From the human T2T-CHM13v2.0 reference genome, Homo sapiens: a stretch of DNA of 64,000 bases. A program made the translations under genes and the position numbers. Every line of letters starts with the position of its first letter. Position 1 is the stretch's first letter. Location of the stretch: the NCBI RefSeq assembly GCF_009914755.1, contig NC_060944.1. One strand, written 5' to 3'. This document shows positions 37,627 through 52,948 of this stretch, in pieces. Under the pieces are notes generated by a model that did no database searches, was not told the DNA's origin, and was given only the letters and a program-made list of their open reading frames with translations.

Positions 37627-39253
37627 TTAGGCACACCCTACTGGTTATCTCAGGCAAGGAGAACATTCTGAAATGTCAAGTGTGTCCACAGAACCTCATA
37701 CTCATTCACAAGTGACTATGGCACTTGTAACCTCTCAACATTTACAATATAGATTTATAGGCTAAACTGCTGGGTTACCGAGTTTTTGCTAACAGTCTTT
37801 GCCTTTTATGGACAACTTCAGTGAAGGTTCCACCCATCAGACATAAATGAATATTTTAACATTCTAAAGTTTAGTGCTTTCATTTTTACTCTGTAAACTT
37901 TAGTAGTTAACTGTCTATCAGGGCAGATGAGAAAATCATCCGGTTTAATGCTATGAAAATGGAGAAGAAAATTGTATTTAAACCATAAGCAAATAAGAAA
38001 GTTTTGACATATTTGTAACAAACTGCAAAGGGCTACCTTGCAGGATGCAGAATATATTCTGATTCTTTTATTAATTTGCTTTTAAAAATAGCTCTTTTCT
38101 CCCCTACTTTGGGATTTCCTTCCACTACCTTTTATTATCATTTCAAAACAGCATGCACAAAACCTCACTTTACAAAAGCATTTTCAGGGATTGGAGAAAA
38201 GAAAAGGAAGAGATGACAAGCAAGTAGTAAAGAATGGGAAGTCGAGACAATGAGGAGCCATCACTGTGCTATAAACTCCCAGTCCCACTCACTTTCCTGT
38301 TAGGAAAGTTTCCTGTTAGGGCCTCATTATACCTCTTATCTGATGAACGTATTGCTATTATTACCCCTTGCAGTGACCTTCACCGAGAATTTCTCTCTCA
38401 GGACCACAGTGAGAAAAACAAGTTGAGGACTCATCCAAGGTCAAGCAAACAAGAGAAAGAGAAAGATTCTGCCTTAACTTATGCTGATGTCCTTAGCTCA
38501 CGGCCATGTCTTCTCATGCTTCTCTTCTCCCAGATTCACCATCCACACCATAAAGTGTGGAAACACTATGCCTAGCCGAAACATACCCCTTGGCTTCCAT
38601 CTGTATGTAGCCTTATGTGCCTCTAAGCTTCCACCCATGCTATTACCTCCCAAGAAGGCCCTTCCTCTACTCCTCTGGCCCTGCATTTTCACATTTCCAG
38701 GCCCTACCTCTTAAAAGATTAAGAGTGATTGTTTTCATTCCAGTGGAAACAGAAATTGTGCCATGTTTTTGACTATGATTCACATATTATTTTTTTCCTA
38801 TGAGAAAACAGTGTAGGTCCTTCACTGTGAGATGTAAACTGTGTTGAAAACAGTGGGTCATTTAAATATCACCTCTATTTTGTGGCACTTTCTTTGATCC
38901 TCTTTCCTTTCTCTGAATTCTCATGCCTGCTCATCTGCATGTCTCCAGCCACTTTGCAAGTTGCATTGCCTTGCTTTGTGTGTGTGCCTGCTACTGAGAG
39001 TGGGATCAGAGTTGGAGTGACTTTCCCACAGTGTCCACTGTAGGACTGCAATAAACAGCCCTTGGATAAATACTGCAGTGATCTGCCCCAGGGGTGGCCA
39101 GGCTCCCACCTGCCACAGCCTATCTACTCTGTGCCTCATCTAGTGAGTGGGGATCAAATGTGGAGCTAAAAGTCATTGCCCCCATCTCCTGTGGTCACCA
39201 ACTATCTCAGAACCAATGGGTCCCTGAGCCTGTCCCCAGTCCTGCCACGCCTA

Positions 39254-39520
<267 letters not shown>

Positions 39521-41842
39521 TCAGAGGAGGGACTGTCAGACCCTTTTATTGGAAAGGCATGGTCCATTTTAATGGAGAAACTTCTCCCGGGCCCACCAGG
39601 ATCAACTTCCAAATGTCTCAACTCCTGCTGCTTATATTACTTCTATAAAATGATGGAACAACAACAAAAAATCTTTACAAATTAAATACACCACAAACAA
39701 CAAATTTGTTACATCCCAAGCCTACAAGTTTAATATAATGTAACAGGTGATGCTTTCATATACATAAGTTGCTATTCTTAATATGAATTTTGAACAAACT
39801 GATGTAATTTAGATTCTTTTGAGTTGAGCACATTTAGATTTCTATGTACCATGAGGTGAATCAAAGAACCATCTCTTTTCTATATTTGAAATATTGCAAG
39901 GCCTTTGCTTATCCAGGATGTGGAAATGTCACTTTTAGTACTGGATACCCTTCCCTTTTTGGTTTGCTCCTTTGTCCATGACAGTTGAATCTACCAACAT
40001 GAACATCAATGCAAGTGGAAACACAGGCATAGAACCTGGGTGTTGGCACTTGGTTGTCAGGGGTTTAAGGTGGTCATCCTAAGGGCTCAGTGTATATACA
40101 TGTTATTTACCTTAGATATCATCAAGGAGGAAAAAAACTTGGAAATTTCTTTCCTAGAGCTCATGTACTCTTAAGAACATACTGCACCCTGGGTGTTAGG
40201 CACCCTGCTGGTTTATGAATTCTAGATGACCGGGATTCAGTTTATTTCTGGAAGCCATAATTTCTAGTCATGATGACCTGGTCTGAACTTCAAACAGCCT
40301 TATGAAAGTGACATCAAAGAGCCACTTAGAGTTGTTGGTGATAATAGAACACAAAAGAAAACAATGGTTCAGAATGACCACTTGAAGTGAAAAAATTTTT
40401 AAAGGTAAATAGTACAGTCTCCAGGGTATGAATTCTCTCTTAATTCTCTTCACACCTCTCTGAACTTCCTCTTCCAACCTTTTTTTTCTGGCTCTACCTC
40501 TGCCGCCTGCCTCTTAAATATTGGGGTTCCCTAGGGTTCTGGTTTCCTCTCTCACATCTTCTCTTCTTAGATTCTCTTACTGGATACTGTTTTTCTTTCT
40601 ATGCTTAGTTCAGACCTTGCTCCTCCATTCAAAGCCTGTATTTCCAACTAGTGTATATTTCTAAATGGATGACCACAAGTACTTCCAAACTCAGCATCCC
40701 TCTCTCTGCTCCAAAAGCTGACCCCTTTCCTATCAGTCCTGTTCTAGTGAATGACACCAACATCAATCCAAGAAAATCATCCTTGACTCTTGTCTCTATC
40801 TCACCCCAAGTCTTCCTGGTTAGAGTTAAAAAAAAAAACTATCTCTGTGGCTTCAACACCCACAATAGTGCTTGGCCCATGATAGGTTTTCAAAATCAAA
40901 ATTGTTGCATAAATTGATGAACCTCAATCATAAGAAGTGAAAGAGTCCTTGGAGAATGAAGAACAAGTGCATTAATATATTATAAAGATCAGGATTCAGC
41001 AGGGAGGTCTGACCCAGAGACAAGATTCCCCCTGCCACACATGTTATTATGGTAATTTCCAAACATATAGCAAAGCTGAAAGAATTATAGAGTGAACATC
41101 CCTATCTGCATGAGTAGATTCTATAATTATTAATGTTTTGCTGTGTGGGCTTTATCACACACCTATCTCTCTATCCATCCATCTATTCATCTAATTTTTG
41201 ATGCATTTCAAACTGAATTACTGACAGCAGTACACCTCACTCCTAATTTAGCATTAACTGGAGTTCAATGTGTTTTTTTAACAGTTTAAAAATTTACACA
41301 GTGTGAAATGTACACACTTTAGGTTTATCATGTGATGAGTTTTGACCTCCCAGTACTATCAAGATCTGGGTATTGCCATCGCTAGGGTAGGATGAGAAGG
41401 TCCTTGGGATATGAGTGGTAGTGAAACCCTTGAAGGGCCATAGCATGAGAAAAGAAGATGGTCAAATATGAAATACTGGGCACCTAGGGTGATCGAAATT
41501 GAGGCATTACAGGAGACCGAAGAGAAAGACATCAAGAAATCAGAGAAACAACGGAGAATAAATTGGGAAAGCCAAGGTAGGGATAGCAGCAGCTAGGACA
41601 CAACAGGGAGATGAAACCAGGTAAGAACCGGGAGTTGCTGTTGTGCTCAGCAATGAGGGCATCCCTAGTAGCCTCTAGTTTCAGGTTGAGTCAGTGGTGG
41701 AATACAGAGAGCAGTCAGGTAGATTTCAGTCAGAGTGCTTTTCAAGAAATGAGATGTATTTTAATATAGATAGAAGAAATCCAGCATTTACAAACGTGGT
41801 GAATATGATAATGATGACAATGATAATTATTACTATTCTCTA

Positions 41843-42277
41843 CAGTGGGTTGAATATCTCCCAGAATTCACATCCATCCAAAGTGCAGAATGTGATCTTA
41901 TTTGGAAGAGTCTTTGCAGGTCTAATTAGTGAAGGTGAGGTCATATTGGATTGGGGACAGGCCCTAAATTGCATGACTGATATAAAAATAGGAGAGGACA
42001 CACAGACACATAGATAAGAAGACCATGTGAAGGCAAAGCAGAGACTGGAGGGATGAGTTTACAAGCCAAGCAACACTGAGGATTGCCACAACCACCAGAA
42101 ACCAGGAGAAACGTATATAAAACTTCTCCCTCAGAGCTTCCAGAAGGAATCAACACTACCAAAATCTTGATTTTGGACCTCTGGACTCTTGAATCATGAG
42201 AATACATTTCATGCAGAGAGAAGAAAATGCCACTCAATTGGTAGCAATTTGTTATAGCAGTCCTAGGAAATGAATAC
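41843..42277 (+). mobile_element. MLT1 MaLR LTR
   Basis: gaatgtgatcttatttggaa...ccatgtgaagg...ttgttatagcagtcctaggaaatgaataca. Confidence 0.85.
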
Positions 42278-43271
42278 ACTCACTGAGCTCTTACTACCTG
42301 CCAGGTAACACTTTAAACACTTTACATGTATCTCATTTGACAGCTCCCAAGAAACTAACGAGGTAGGAAATATTATTATCTCCATTTTACAGAGAAGTAA
42401 GCCAAAACACAGAAGTGGTTAGGCCACTTTGCCAAGGATACAGAGCTAGTAACTGGAAGAGCCAGGATTCGGGAATTTAACCACCACTCTGCTGCTCTGA
42501 AGAGCAAAGTTACAGGCTGAAAGAAGGGAGTTCCCAGAGTGGTAGATGTTGAAGAAAGAGGAGAGAGTGAGGATAACTGATGACAGGGTTTTTAAAGCAT
42601 CCCTTCAGGAGGGATGGGATGGGATCCAAGGTCTTGTTACTTAAAGCATCATCTTCATCAATAGCAGCAGCAGCAGTGTCACCTGGGAGCTTGTTAGATT
42701 TTCAGAACCTCAAGCCCCACCCCAGACCTACTAAAGTCAGTTTCCACTTTAACAAGAGCCACAGGCTGTTGGTATACACATTATAGCTTGAATCATAGAT
42801 CACAGTTCAGTCAAGAAACAGAAGAGGGAGGAGGTCACATGAACAGGTGGGGATAAGGGGGCATTTGTTTGCACAGAGTCTAATCTCTTTAGCATACTGA
42901 CAAAAGCCTTAACATTTTCACCACACCCCATCTTCCTACTGCTGGCGCAAACACACGAGTCCACCTGAATGGTTTTTAAAGCCCTCTGTAATCTGGTGCC
43001 TTTTCGTGTCGCCAATTTTATTCCTCATGGCTTTCTGCACACACTAAAACCATTCCTAGGGACCAGGGCTGTTCCTAGAATGTAGAATATCCAGGGCTAA
43101 AACCCAGAAAGTTCTGGGCAAATCAGAAAGAGGTGGTTATCTTATGGTCCATTCCCAACTCTGAGTTTTTTTGATGATTTTTCTTGCATATTCAACTCTT
43201 AGGTATACATCAAGGGCTTTATCAAATCTAACATCCTCCAGAATTCTCAGGAGCCCACGTTGATCACTCTC

Positions 43272-43379
43272 TTTTTTTTTTTAATTTATTATTATTATAC
43301 TTTAAGTTTTAGGGTACATGTGCACAATGTGCAGGTTAGTTACATATGTATACATGTGCCATGCTGGTGCGCTGCACCC
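43272..43379 (-). mobile_element. Young, extremely 5'-truncated L1 (L1PA2/3-like 3' tip)
   Basis: Reverse complement closely matches the primate L1 3' end gggtgcagcgcaccagcatggcacatg...cctaaaacttaaagtataataat; short ctcttt direct repeat. Confidence 0.9.
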
Positions 43380-44505
43380 TCTTTTCCAAATTCAGAGAAT
43401 TTGGCATGCACTCAATCCTGAACTGTTTTCTGGTGCTGATTTTCCATCTCTAGCTAGAGATGACATTCCTTGGGGACAACAACTCTGCTTTCTGATTGCA
43501 GAGCCTTACTGTGTTCCTTAAGAGTTGGGCAAACAAACAGCAGAAACTCAGAAAACAAATGCTACTAGATTTATTTTATACTGACACACATACATAATAG
43601 TATACCAGGTGACAGAAGACACATTGAAGCTCTTTCTGAAAACATCTGAAGCACACTGAAGATAGCTGTTGCTAGAATCAAAATTGGAACACAGATGAAA
43701 TGAAAATAACATTTTGGAAATTATTAATGTGATTTTTTTTCATTTCCTTGTTCATGATATTCTCACTAATTGGCTTAAGGCCAGTGATTTGGACCAGTGG
43801 TGGTACGATTTGAATTGGAAGGGATTAGATTATTCCCAAAGAAATGCTAGAGAAGCTGGTTTAGCAGAGAGGTGATATTCACAATTTCTTATCAAGAATC
43901 AACCCCAGAGGACTCAGATCATAGAATTTCACATGTAGTATGAAAAAAAGGGCCTTGTAGTTGTGATACGTGGTCCATAATCCATGGTGCCCTATTATAA
44001 GAGGAGTCGATAATGCACAGAAGTAAAAATCCTACAGTCCACCCCTTGTAGTCTGGGATAATTTGCAGAAGGAGAGAAAGAGGAGTGATGTTGACTATGT
44101 CAGGTCCCGGCCTCCTTATGATATATCACTTTTTTTCACTCCAAGCAGATGGTGGTGGGCTTTGGAAATATCTGTGTTGCATACATCCCCATACAAATAA
44201 GGGAGAGGAGAAGCCCCACAAGCATGTGTTCAGAGGTAATATTCAAAATATTCAATAACCAGATTAACGTAGGCCAATTGGAACCTAGATAGAAAGTCAA
44301 GCAAAGTCCTAGAGTTACCCTGGGAAGGATTACCATTTTTAATGAGGTGAGGAGGGTCTTGGGAAGGGGCTGGAGTGATGGGGGATAGCCTAAGGACTTA
44401 AAGCAGTGGCTCTCAACCAACTAGCATGAAAATCTTGCAATATTTTAAAAACAGGTGTAGACATGCTGGTAAAACTGATTGAACACCAGCCTTGGCCATA
44501 CCCCG

Positions 44506-44958
44506 TGTGAAAGGAAAATAAAAACTCAGGACGCCAATTCATTCTGCCAAGAGGAAAAATTGAACTAAACGCTGAGTCCTGCAAGAAGCTACCTTCTGTT
44601 TTGTTCCTAATTAGACAGCTACAGGTCATAGGTAAATACCTCCATAGGTAGTGACTCTATGTTCACATCATATTCTGTAAAGTGCCGATTTGCTGAGCAT
44701 GAGATCAATACATAATTGACAGTTCTCCTACCTGCTCCTTTTCTCTTGCAACAAGTGGATGACCATACCCTCCCTCTTTCCCCTCCAGCTCACTTTTCCC
44801 CTTTCCCTCAAACTAACCTTTGGAGAAAGGCACAGACCACAGACAGTTTCTATGAATCCATGTTTTTCATTTCTTCTTCTTCTGGACATGTCCTTAACCT
44901 TGGTAAAATAAACTTCTAAATTGATTGACACCTGTCTCAGATACTGTTTCGTTTTACA
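44506..44958. mobile_element. ERV1 solo LTR (MER4 family)
   Basis: tgtgaaaggaaaataaaa...cttaaccttggtaaaataaacttctaaattgattgacacctgtctcagatac...ttaca. Confidence 0.8.
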
Positions 44959-45635
44959 CCAGCATGTAAAATGTACTCCATGGAGACACGGCGCTATAGT
45001 GTGGGTGGAAGTGAGCTTGTGGCAATGCTACTGTCTTCCATGGCCTGTGTGGGATGTGCAGGGGTTCGGAAGTTCCTCCAAATCTCAGTGAGGGAATGGG
45101 GAAGGGTCTGGCACAAGCCTGTGATTGGGACAAGGAGGCAGCCTGTAGGGCACCTTTTCACCCGTGAGTGAAGAGGCTGCAACTGTGATGTACAGCAGAG
45201 GTGAGCCCCTGGACAGCCCAGCCACCAGTAGGACCAGTCAATCTTGCTACCTGGTCACCAGTCCAGGTAGCAGGAGAGTCCAATGAAAGCAAGGCAGGGA
45301 GGAGAAAGGAACAAGAAGATGCTTCTTATCTCCTTCACCCTGAGGTCCCACGAGCCATGCTTGTCTTTCCTCCCACACTCCATCTTGGGAATAAGTGAAG
45401 GTGGAGAGGAGAGGAGGGAGTAGGTGGTGGTTAAATCTGAAAGACTGGGTTTATAAAGGTATCATTTATACCTCATAATAATGTAGTTGACTTTGATAGA
45501 CAATGTTCAAATCATTCAAGCCAACTAAATTTAATGCATTGAATTAAAATAGATATTTTTAAAAAGAATCTAGCCAGTAGGACTCTGTGAAGAAGTCTGG
45601 GTTAGTTTTAGGAAGCATAGAAACCATAATTGTGG

Positions 45636-45662
45636 TGTGTGTGTGTGTGTGTGTGTGTGTGT
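45636..45662. repeat. (TG)n microsatellite
   Basis: Direct reading. Confidence 0.9.
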
Positions 45663-47627
45663 TTATTTCCAAAACTAGGGTGTAAGTAAATTTGCAACCC
45701 CAATACACAGAGAGTAGAGGAGGAACAAACGTTCCAGTTTTGTTTGCCTATAAATTTAAGAAACCTGAATGGTTAAGGAGGTGAATGTATCAGCATTTTG
45801 CTATTGGCAGTTTTAAATTTCAGTATATCTAGTGTGGGTTTCTCTTTGCTGGCAGGAAAAATGCCCAAACCCCTCAAAATCTGGCATCCTAATAACCATC
45901 TCCCTGACAAAATGTGAGATGAGCAATTGAAACTCGACACTTGGAAGTGAGGCCTGTTCTGCTGCTGTAGGAGTATAAGTGCTTTTGCATGATACTTTAA
46001 TCATCCAAGTACATAAAAGGGACAATTTTCTAAAAGAACATAATTGCACACAACATTTGTCCAAATAAATCTGCAAGTAGATAATGAGAACTCAAGTAAT
46101 GAGTACAATAAAGCACTGTAGGCAGATCTTAAAAGCAAATCACATAGACGCTAAGCTGAGCCTTACTTTGGGTAGAATTGTGCAACTGGGCTGCTTAGGA
46201 AACCACCTTCGTCTCACTAATGCAGTTAGGCTAAGAGAACTACCACTAGTATGTTGTCCGCCCCCTAAAAGGAGAAAATGTAGCTTGTTACACAAGGACC
46301 ACACAAGGAACTTTAGTTTAGAACTCAGACAAAGCTGCAATTTAAACATGAGATCCTATCCATCTCTCACGTGTCCTGGCCAGGAATCAGGGTTCCCACA
46401 AAAGAATGGTGGAGGGTTGGGGGCTAGTGAGAGTGGGCAAAAGAGAGTCTATCCACAGGGCAGCTACAGGTTTAAAGATAGAATGTAAAAACCCTTGCTC
46501 TGTAAACTGCATGCACTCTAAAGAATTCTGTGTCTGCTCTAGGGTCTTGGCTAATGCAAAAGGGGGCTACTTGTGTGCCTAGTTTCTGGGTGCTTCTTTG
46601 TAAGGCAATGGCACTCAGTGTACAATGTATGTAGCATCAGCCTCACCTGAGAGCCTGTTAGAAATGCAGCTTCCTGGGTACCACGTAGCCTGAGTGAACC
46701 AGAATCTCTGGGGTTGGGGCCCAGGAATCTGTTTCTTGTCAAGCTTTCCAGTGGGTTCTGATGCTCAGTAAAGTTAGAGAACGTTATGGAAAAAGCAGAT
46801 AACAGTGGCCAGAAAAAGAAGTCTTCAGGCATAAAGATGCAGATGGTGGCATTTGGAGGTGAAACTAATGATCACTGAAATAGGAAGTTGCAGGAAGATC
46901 TGGGCAGGGCACCAACGGCATTTGCTGTGGTACAACTCACCCTCCTTATACCACTTCCCTTATCATGATGTGTGAATCCAGGCACAGTGTTGCCAGACCC
47001 TTTGATTTTTCAAGGAAGACAGGAATCTGACATTTTATATGACATCTTCCAAGTTTTGATTTGTGGCAATCAATTTATAGTAAAAAGAAAAAGAGATCAC
47101 AAAGACCACTTGTGTGTGTCTCTTTTCCATAAACTTATTGGACTTAGCGGGTCATGGGTTTGAATTCCGGCCAATGAATTTGTCAAAGTCAGTCACTCAC
47201 TGCTCACTGGCCCCTAAGTAATTCATTTATCAAATGTTGGCCCTAGGCCAAGGAAAGGTCATGATGATTCTACACAACACTTAATTACAAGGGCAGAGGA
47301 AATGCCTTCTGACTTAGCATCTACCTTGTCCCTGGTATACTTCTGAAGGTTTTACACACATTACATTATTCATTCCTAAGCCACTCTGTGAGATACTATT
47401 TATTTTCCTCTTTCAAATCCCAAACACCACATTCTCCCTTCTTAACACAAATTAGTGACTCGTTAGATATTACTTATGCCATAGATAATAATTGAATGAT
47501 TTACTTTTAGTTGATAAAAGATAATTTATCTAGTCTTTTGAGAGGACAGAAAGCATTCATTCTTTCAAACCTGAGCAATTCTCGGTCATTTTTCCTAACT
47601 TTAAAAAATTTTTAAAATTTTTTAGTT

Positions 47628-47927
47628 TTTTTTTTTTTGGCGACAGGGTCTCACTTTATCACTCAGGCTGGAGTGTAGTGGTATGATCTTGGCTCACTGC
47701 AGCCTTAAACTCTAGGGCCCAAGCAGTCCTCCTGCCTCAGCCTCCAGGGTGCTAGGACTACAGACAAATGCCACCATATCCAGCTAATTTTTTAGTTTTC
47801 TGGTAGAGATGAGATGGGACTTCAATATGTTTCCCAGGTTGGTCTTGAACTACTGGGCTCAAGCAATCCTCTTGTCTCAGCCTCCCAAAGTGCTGAGATT
47901 ACAGATGTGAGCCACCACGCCCTGCCA
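47628..47927 (-). mobile_element. AluJ-like
   Basis: Diverged reverse Alu dimer. Confidence 0.9.
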
Positions 47928-48248
47928 ACTTTTTAATTTTTAAATAATGATAAATCCACAGGAAGTTGCAACGTGCACCCGTCTCTCCCTAGTATTCGCA
48001 TCTTACACGGCTACAGTACAATATCAACACTTGTAAATTGATTAGGTCTAATTTATAGAACGTATTCAAATTTCATCAGTTACAAATGAACTCATTGTGT
48101 GTGTAGTGTATATAAGTATACTCTGAAATTGTATCATGTGTTGCCAACTAGTCAGCTAACCAAGGGAAGGCTAGTTACCCGGTGAGTTACTACGGTGGGC
48201 AACTAGAGCTTGATCCTGCTGAAGAAGTCTGGGAGACTGTGTAGAACA

Positions 48249-48311
48249 GTGCAAAAGTCATTGTGGTTTTTGCCACTAAAAGTAATGGCAATTACTTTTG
48301 CACCAACCTAT
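48249..48311. mobile_element. MADE1 (Hsmar1-derived MITE) remnant
   Basis: gtgcaaaagtcattgtggtttttgcca...tggcaattacttttgcaccaaccta palindromic TIR. Confidence 0.8.
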
Positions 48312-48319
48312 TATAACCA

Positions 48320-48990
48320 CCACCAAAATCAAGATACCCAACTGTACCATCAGCACAGGACTTCCTGGTGCTGTTCTTTACAGACACATTCCCACAGCCC
48401 CAAAACCCTGCCAACCACTCATCTGCTGTGCATTTCTATAATTATGTTATTTCATGAGTGTGTGTGTGTGTGTATATATATAAATATATGGAATCATATA
48501 GTGTGTATCCTTTTGAGATTGGTGTTTTCTCACTCAGTATAACTTCCCTGAGGTTCACCCAAGTTCTCGTGTGTATCAATTGTTTGTTTTTATTGTTAAG
48601 TGGTATTCCATGACATGGATATATTAATACTATTTGTTTAATCATTCGCCCTTTGAAGGACATTTAGGTAGTTTCCACTTTGGAACTATTATAAAGAAAA
48701 CTGCTATAAACATTTGTGTACATGTTTCTGTGGGAAAATAAGTTTCCATTTCTCTGGATAAATGCCTCAGAGTGCAAGTGATGGTCGTATGGTAAGTCCA
48801 TTTTTAATTTTGAAAAAGAACTGCCAAAGTATTTTCTTGAGTGGCTGTGCCATTTTAAGTTCCTATGAGCAGTGTATGAATAAGTGTTGTTATCACTATT
48901 TTTCATTTTAGTCATTCTTAAATGTGTGCAGTGATAGCTCATTGTAGTTTTAATGTGCATTTCTCAAAGGCCAATGATGTTGAACATCTT
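48320..48990 (-). mobile_element. Old L1M fragment
   Basis: Reverse ORFs 48664..48960 and 48442..48663 resemble degenerate L1 ORF2 C-terminus. Confidence 0.8.
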
Positions 48991-49019
48991 CAAACAGGAA
49001 GAGAACCCAATATCTCTTG

Positions 49020-49520
49020 TGTGGCAGACAGTATTTTCCAAAAATGCCAACAATAATTTTGCCTATCCCATGAGCTCTTCTTACAATATGACTTAATTTT
49101 TCTCACACTGAGGAGGACTCTAAACCCCTGCCCCCTGAATCTGGAAGGGCTTGTGACCATGGTGAAAGTAATGTTATTTGATTCTGAGGCTAGGTTATAA
49201 AAATGCCATGCACTTCCACCTCGTTTTCTTGGGACGCACTCTTGGGACCCAGTTGCCATGCCATGAGGAAGCTCAAGCCACATGGGGAGGCCACCTATTT
49301 TGTAGGTGATCTGGTGGCAGCTCCAGCTAGCCTGCCTGGACTGACTACCTGACATGTGAGTGAGGATGACTTCCAGATAACTCTGGCCCCAGGCATTATC
49401 TAACCACAAGTCAGAGCAGCACTGTTTTGCTGAGCTATAAGAGACAATACTAAAATGACTGTTGACTTAAGACTCTAAATGTTGAGATGCTTCGTTATAA
49501 CAGCAATAGATAATTGAAAA
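49020..49520 (+). mobile_element. MLT1-type MaLR LTR
   Basis: ccagttgccatgccatgaggaagctcaagccacatgg...ttataacagcaatagataa. Confidence 0.7.
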
Positions 49521-50559
49521 AGTCTTCTCCACTATATAATGTTGTACACTAATAGACTCATATAATAACACACTCTAAGCCTTTTCTTGGAGTAGCCACA
49601 CTCCATTTCTGCTCTCTTTTAAAAGAAAAGTTTCCTTTTCCTACAGATACTGGAGAAACCACTGGAGTCAATATGATGCACTGTTCTGAACATGAATGAG
49701 TAAACTCTGGACAAAATGGCCAAGAGGCACAAGATCCACTCAATATGCTCTTGCTTCCTCTGCCTGGAATGCTCCTGTTTCTGGCAGCCACAGGGTCCAG
49801 TCCCCCATGTCTCTGCTGTAACGCCACCACATCAGAGGGATCTTCTGACCAGCCTCCATAAGACAGTACCCATCACTTCCATCACTCCCCATTCTCCTTA
49901 CCATGCCTAAATTAATCCTAGGAAACTTAGTATTTATCACCCCTTGTTTGGTGGGGATTTTGTTTGTTTATTTATCTATTTGTTTATTATCACATTCCCA
50001 GTCCCCAAATAAGCTTACTAGAGGAAGTGATTTTGCTTTGTTCATCCCTAGGATTTAGAACTGTCTGTTACACGTAGCAGACATTCAGCAAATGTTCAGT
50101 AAATGAATGAGAGAACAAACCAATAAGGACTAAAAGCATCTACAATGTGTCTATTTATGTGAGCTCTTTACAGGGTGCACAGGGATGCAGGAGGTGTTTG
50201 AGACAAAGGTTCTGCTCTTGAGAATGACAACTCAATGATTTAAAAATCTTGCACATTGAGGGGAGGGGAGATCTTTAAGTAATTTGATTAAACAATGACT
50301 TCTTAGTCTCATTTCTGATTTTGATACTGGATATGATCTTACAGCAAGGAAGCCTGTACCATAAATTTCTAGAAACAGGGAAAGAAAGTCTTTCTTGAAA
50401 TTGCTCTGCTAGACCAGTTTAATGCTTTGCAAATTGCATTCTGACACCGTGGAGCCTTGCGTAGGTGCTTTCCGGAGTCAGGCCAGGGAGGATTCTTGAC
50501 CTTTTCTCATAGCTGTCCACTCATATGGAAGATTAAGAAAAAATGCATACACAGTCTTC

Positions 50560-51045
50560 TTCTACCTGTATCCACATCCCTTTGCAATGTGACTTGGCAT
50601 CTTCTCCTATCAAGAGGCAGAGTTTATATCCCTACTCCTTGAGTCTGGTCTTGAATATTTAGTAAATATAATAAAAGCACAGGATTTGAAAGGGCCTACA
50701 CATCAGGGCTTGCCTCCTTTGGTGCTCTTGGGAACTTTGCTACAGGTATCATGTGAGTAAGTCCAGGTGACTCGGAGATGAGTGATACTTGGCCCTGTTA
50801 CCTGCACTGTCCCTGCTGAGAGCCAGCTGACTGCCAAGCAAATGAGTAAGGCTATCACCATAGGCTGATCACAACTGCAAGAGGGAGCTCAGCTGATGTC
50901 ACATGATGCAGAGATGAGCTGGTACAGAGATGAGTTGTCCCAGAGGAGTCAGCACAAATACTGGCTCAGAGATAAGTCAGCAAATAAATGGTGGTTGTTT
51001 TAAGCCACTAACTGTTGAGTGGATGTAGCAAAACCTGACTGATAC
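50560..51045 (+). mobile_element. MLT1-type MaLR LTR
   Basis: ccctttgcaatgtgact...ataaatggtggttgttttaagccacta...ctgactgataca. Confidence 0.7.
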
Positions 51046-52480
51046 ATGCTTCTACTGTACCGTTCTTTCTTAAGAGAAGCAATGCAATGGTTAAAGCAAT
51101 GCAAAAAGCAGGACTTAAAACTCCTCATTAAACACATTCCCAAGTTTGCAAATTGTGTATACATGTACATGGAAATACGGGAAAAATCGGTAATGGGATT
51201 AGGAGTGATCTTTGTCTTATCCTCTATACTTTTCTGAGTTTACTACATTTTCTACAATAATATTTACAATCTTTTTAAAACAACAAGAAAGAAAAGCCAA
51301 AGTGCTTGGACAGTTTCTTCTGGCTGCCCTCTGATCATTCCTGGGCAATTTCTGATATGACATGAACATTTTCCATGTGGCAGGGGTTGCAGGTGTAAAA
51401 GACAGGAACATCAAGGGAATGGTTGGCTCCATTCATGCCAAGGCCATTGCCTCTGGTGGGAGTTTCAGGGGGCTCCGGAGAGCCTAATGGTATAGAGCTA
51501 TGCTTTGAAACTCTTCCATTTAACTAAGCCTTCCTTGGAATGTCAACTGGTTATTTCCTTGGCTGTTATATTCCATGCTCTGTGCCCTGGTGTGGCTGAT
51601 GAGTTTCAGCAGAATCCCTTGCACAGGTTGCAGTGATGTGAAATACGGAAATCTGGGCCTAGAGGTTTGCCAGTGTGATAAATATCCTCTGTTTGTCCTA
51701 CTGGATCCATTTTCCTCCCTCCTCCAAGCCTTAGGAAACCAACCTATATTGACTGCATTTTGGCTCCTAGCTGATTTCAGCCAATAGGGAGCACCAGTAG
51801 GACACTAGAAGGAAGAAGAGTGAGGTTGGAGGATTTATTCTCTCAGCTCTCATCCTGCAGGTTCACCTTGGTTTGGCTTCTACCAAAGATCAGAGCACCC
51901 TCCAGGCAGCTCCGAAATCTATAGCAATCTCCATTTCCAGATTCTAGTAGCCAGGACCTTGCCTCACCACTTCAGGCATGGGGTAGTAGGAGTAATGTTC
52001 CATTATAAAGTACTGCACTAATCCTCATACACTATTCCTTATGATTTTTCTACATCTGCCCACGCTTTTGTAAACTGTCCTTTATTACACCATCCTCAAA
52101 TTACCCAAGTGGAGTTGATCATCTGTTACCTGCACGGGCTCTGGAAGGTAATGTGGACACATGTATTCATGTGAATAGGTTGGATGCACCCCTAGAAGAG
52201 TCAGCTCTTCTCCTCCAACAAAAAACAGATGTGGCAGAAAAGGAAAAGAAATAGCCATAGTTTCTATTACTTCCTATACTCATTGTTAAGGAGGCAAATT
52301 ATCCATCAAAGTCAGGCAATTCTGACTAACAAGGTGACACAGAGGAAGGGATGGTAATTTCTTTTTTGTAAGTGTTCTGGGAAGAGAAGTAGGTGACTTG
52401 TGACTAAGAAAAATTAGAGTTATAAAAAAGTGTTTCTAAAAGAGTTATGCCCATGACAGACAGAGTGACAAGAAAAACTA

Positions 52481-52855
<375 letters not shown>

Positions 52856-52907
52856 TCACTATTTGTCAGCTTTTTGGTCATTCATGCAAATGCACTTCCA
52901 GGAACTC

Positions 52908-52909
52908 AT

Positions 52910-52948
<39 letters not shown>

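Noticed and set aside
48140-48248. CpG-containing segment interrupting an L1, initially looking foreign
   Set aside because: Resembles an old LTR fragment (LTR16/33-like) beside a MADE1; no evidence of novelty
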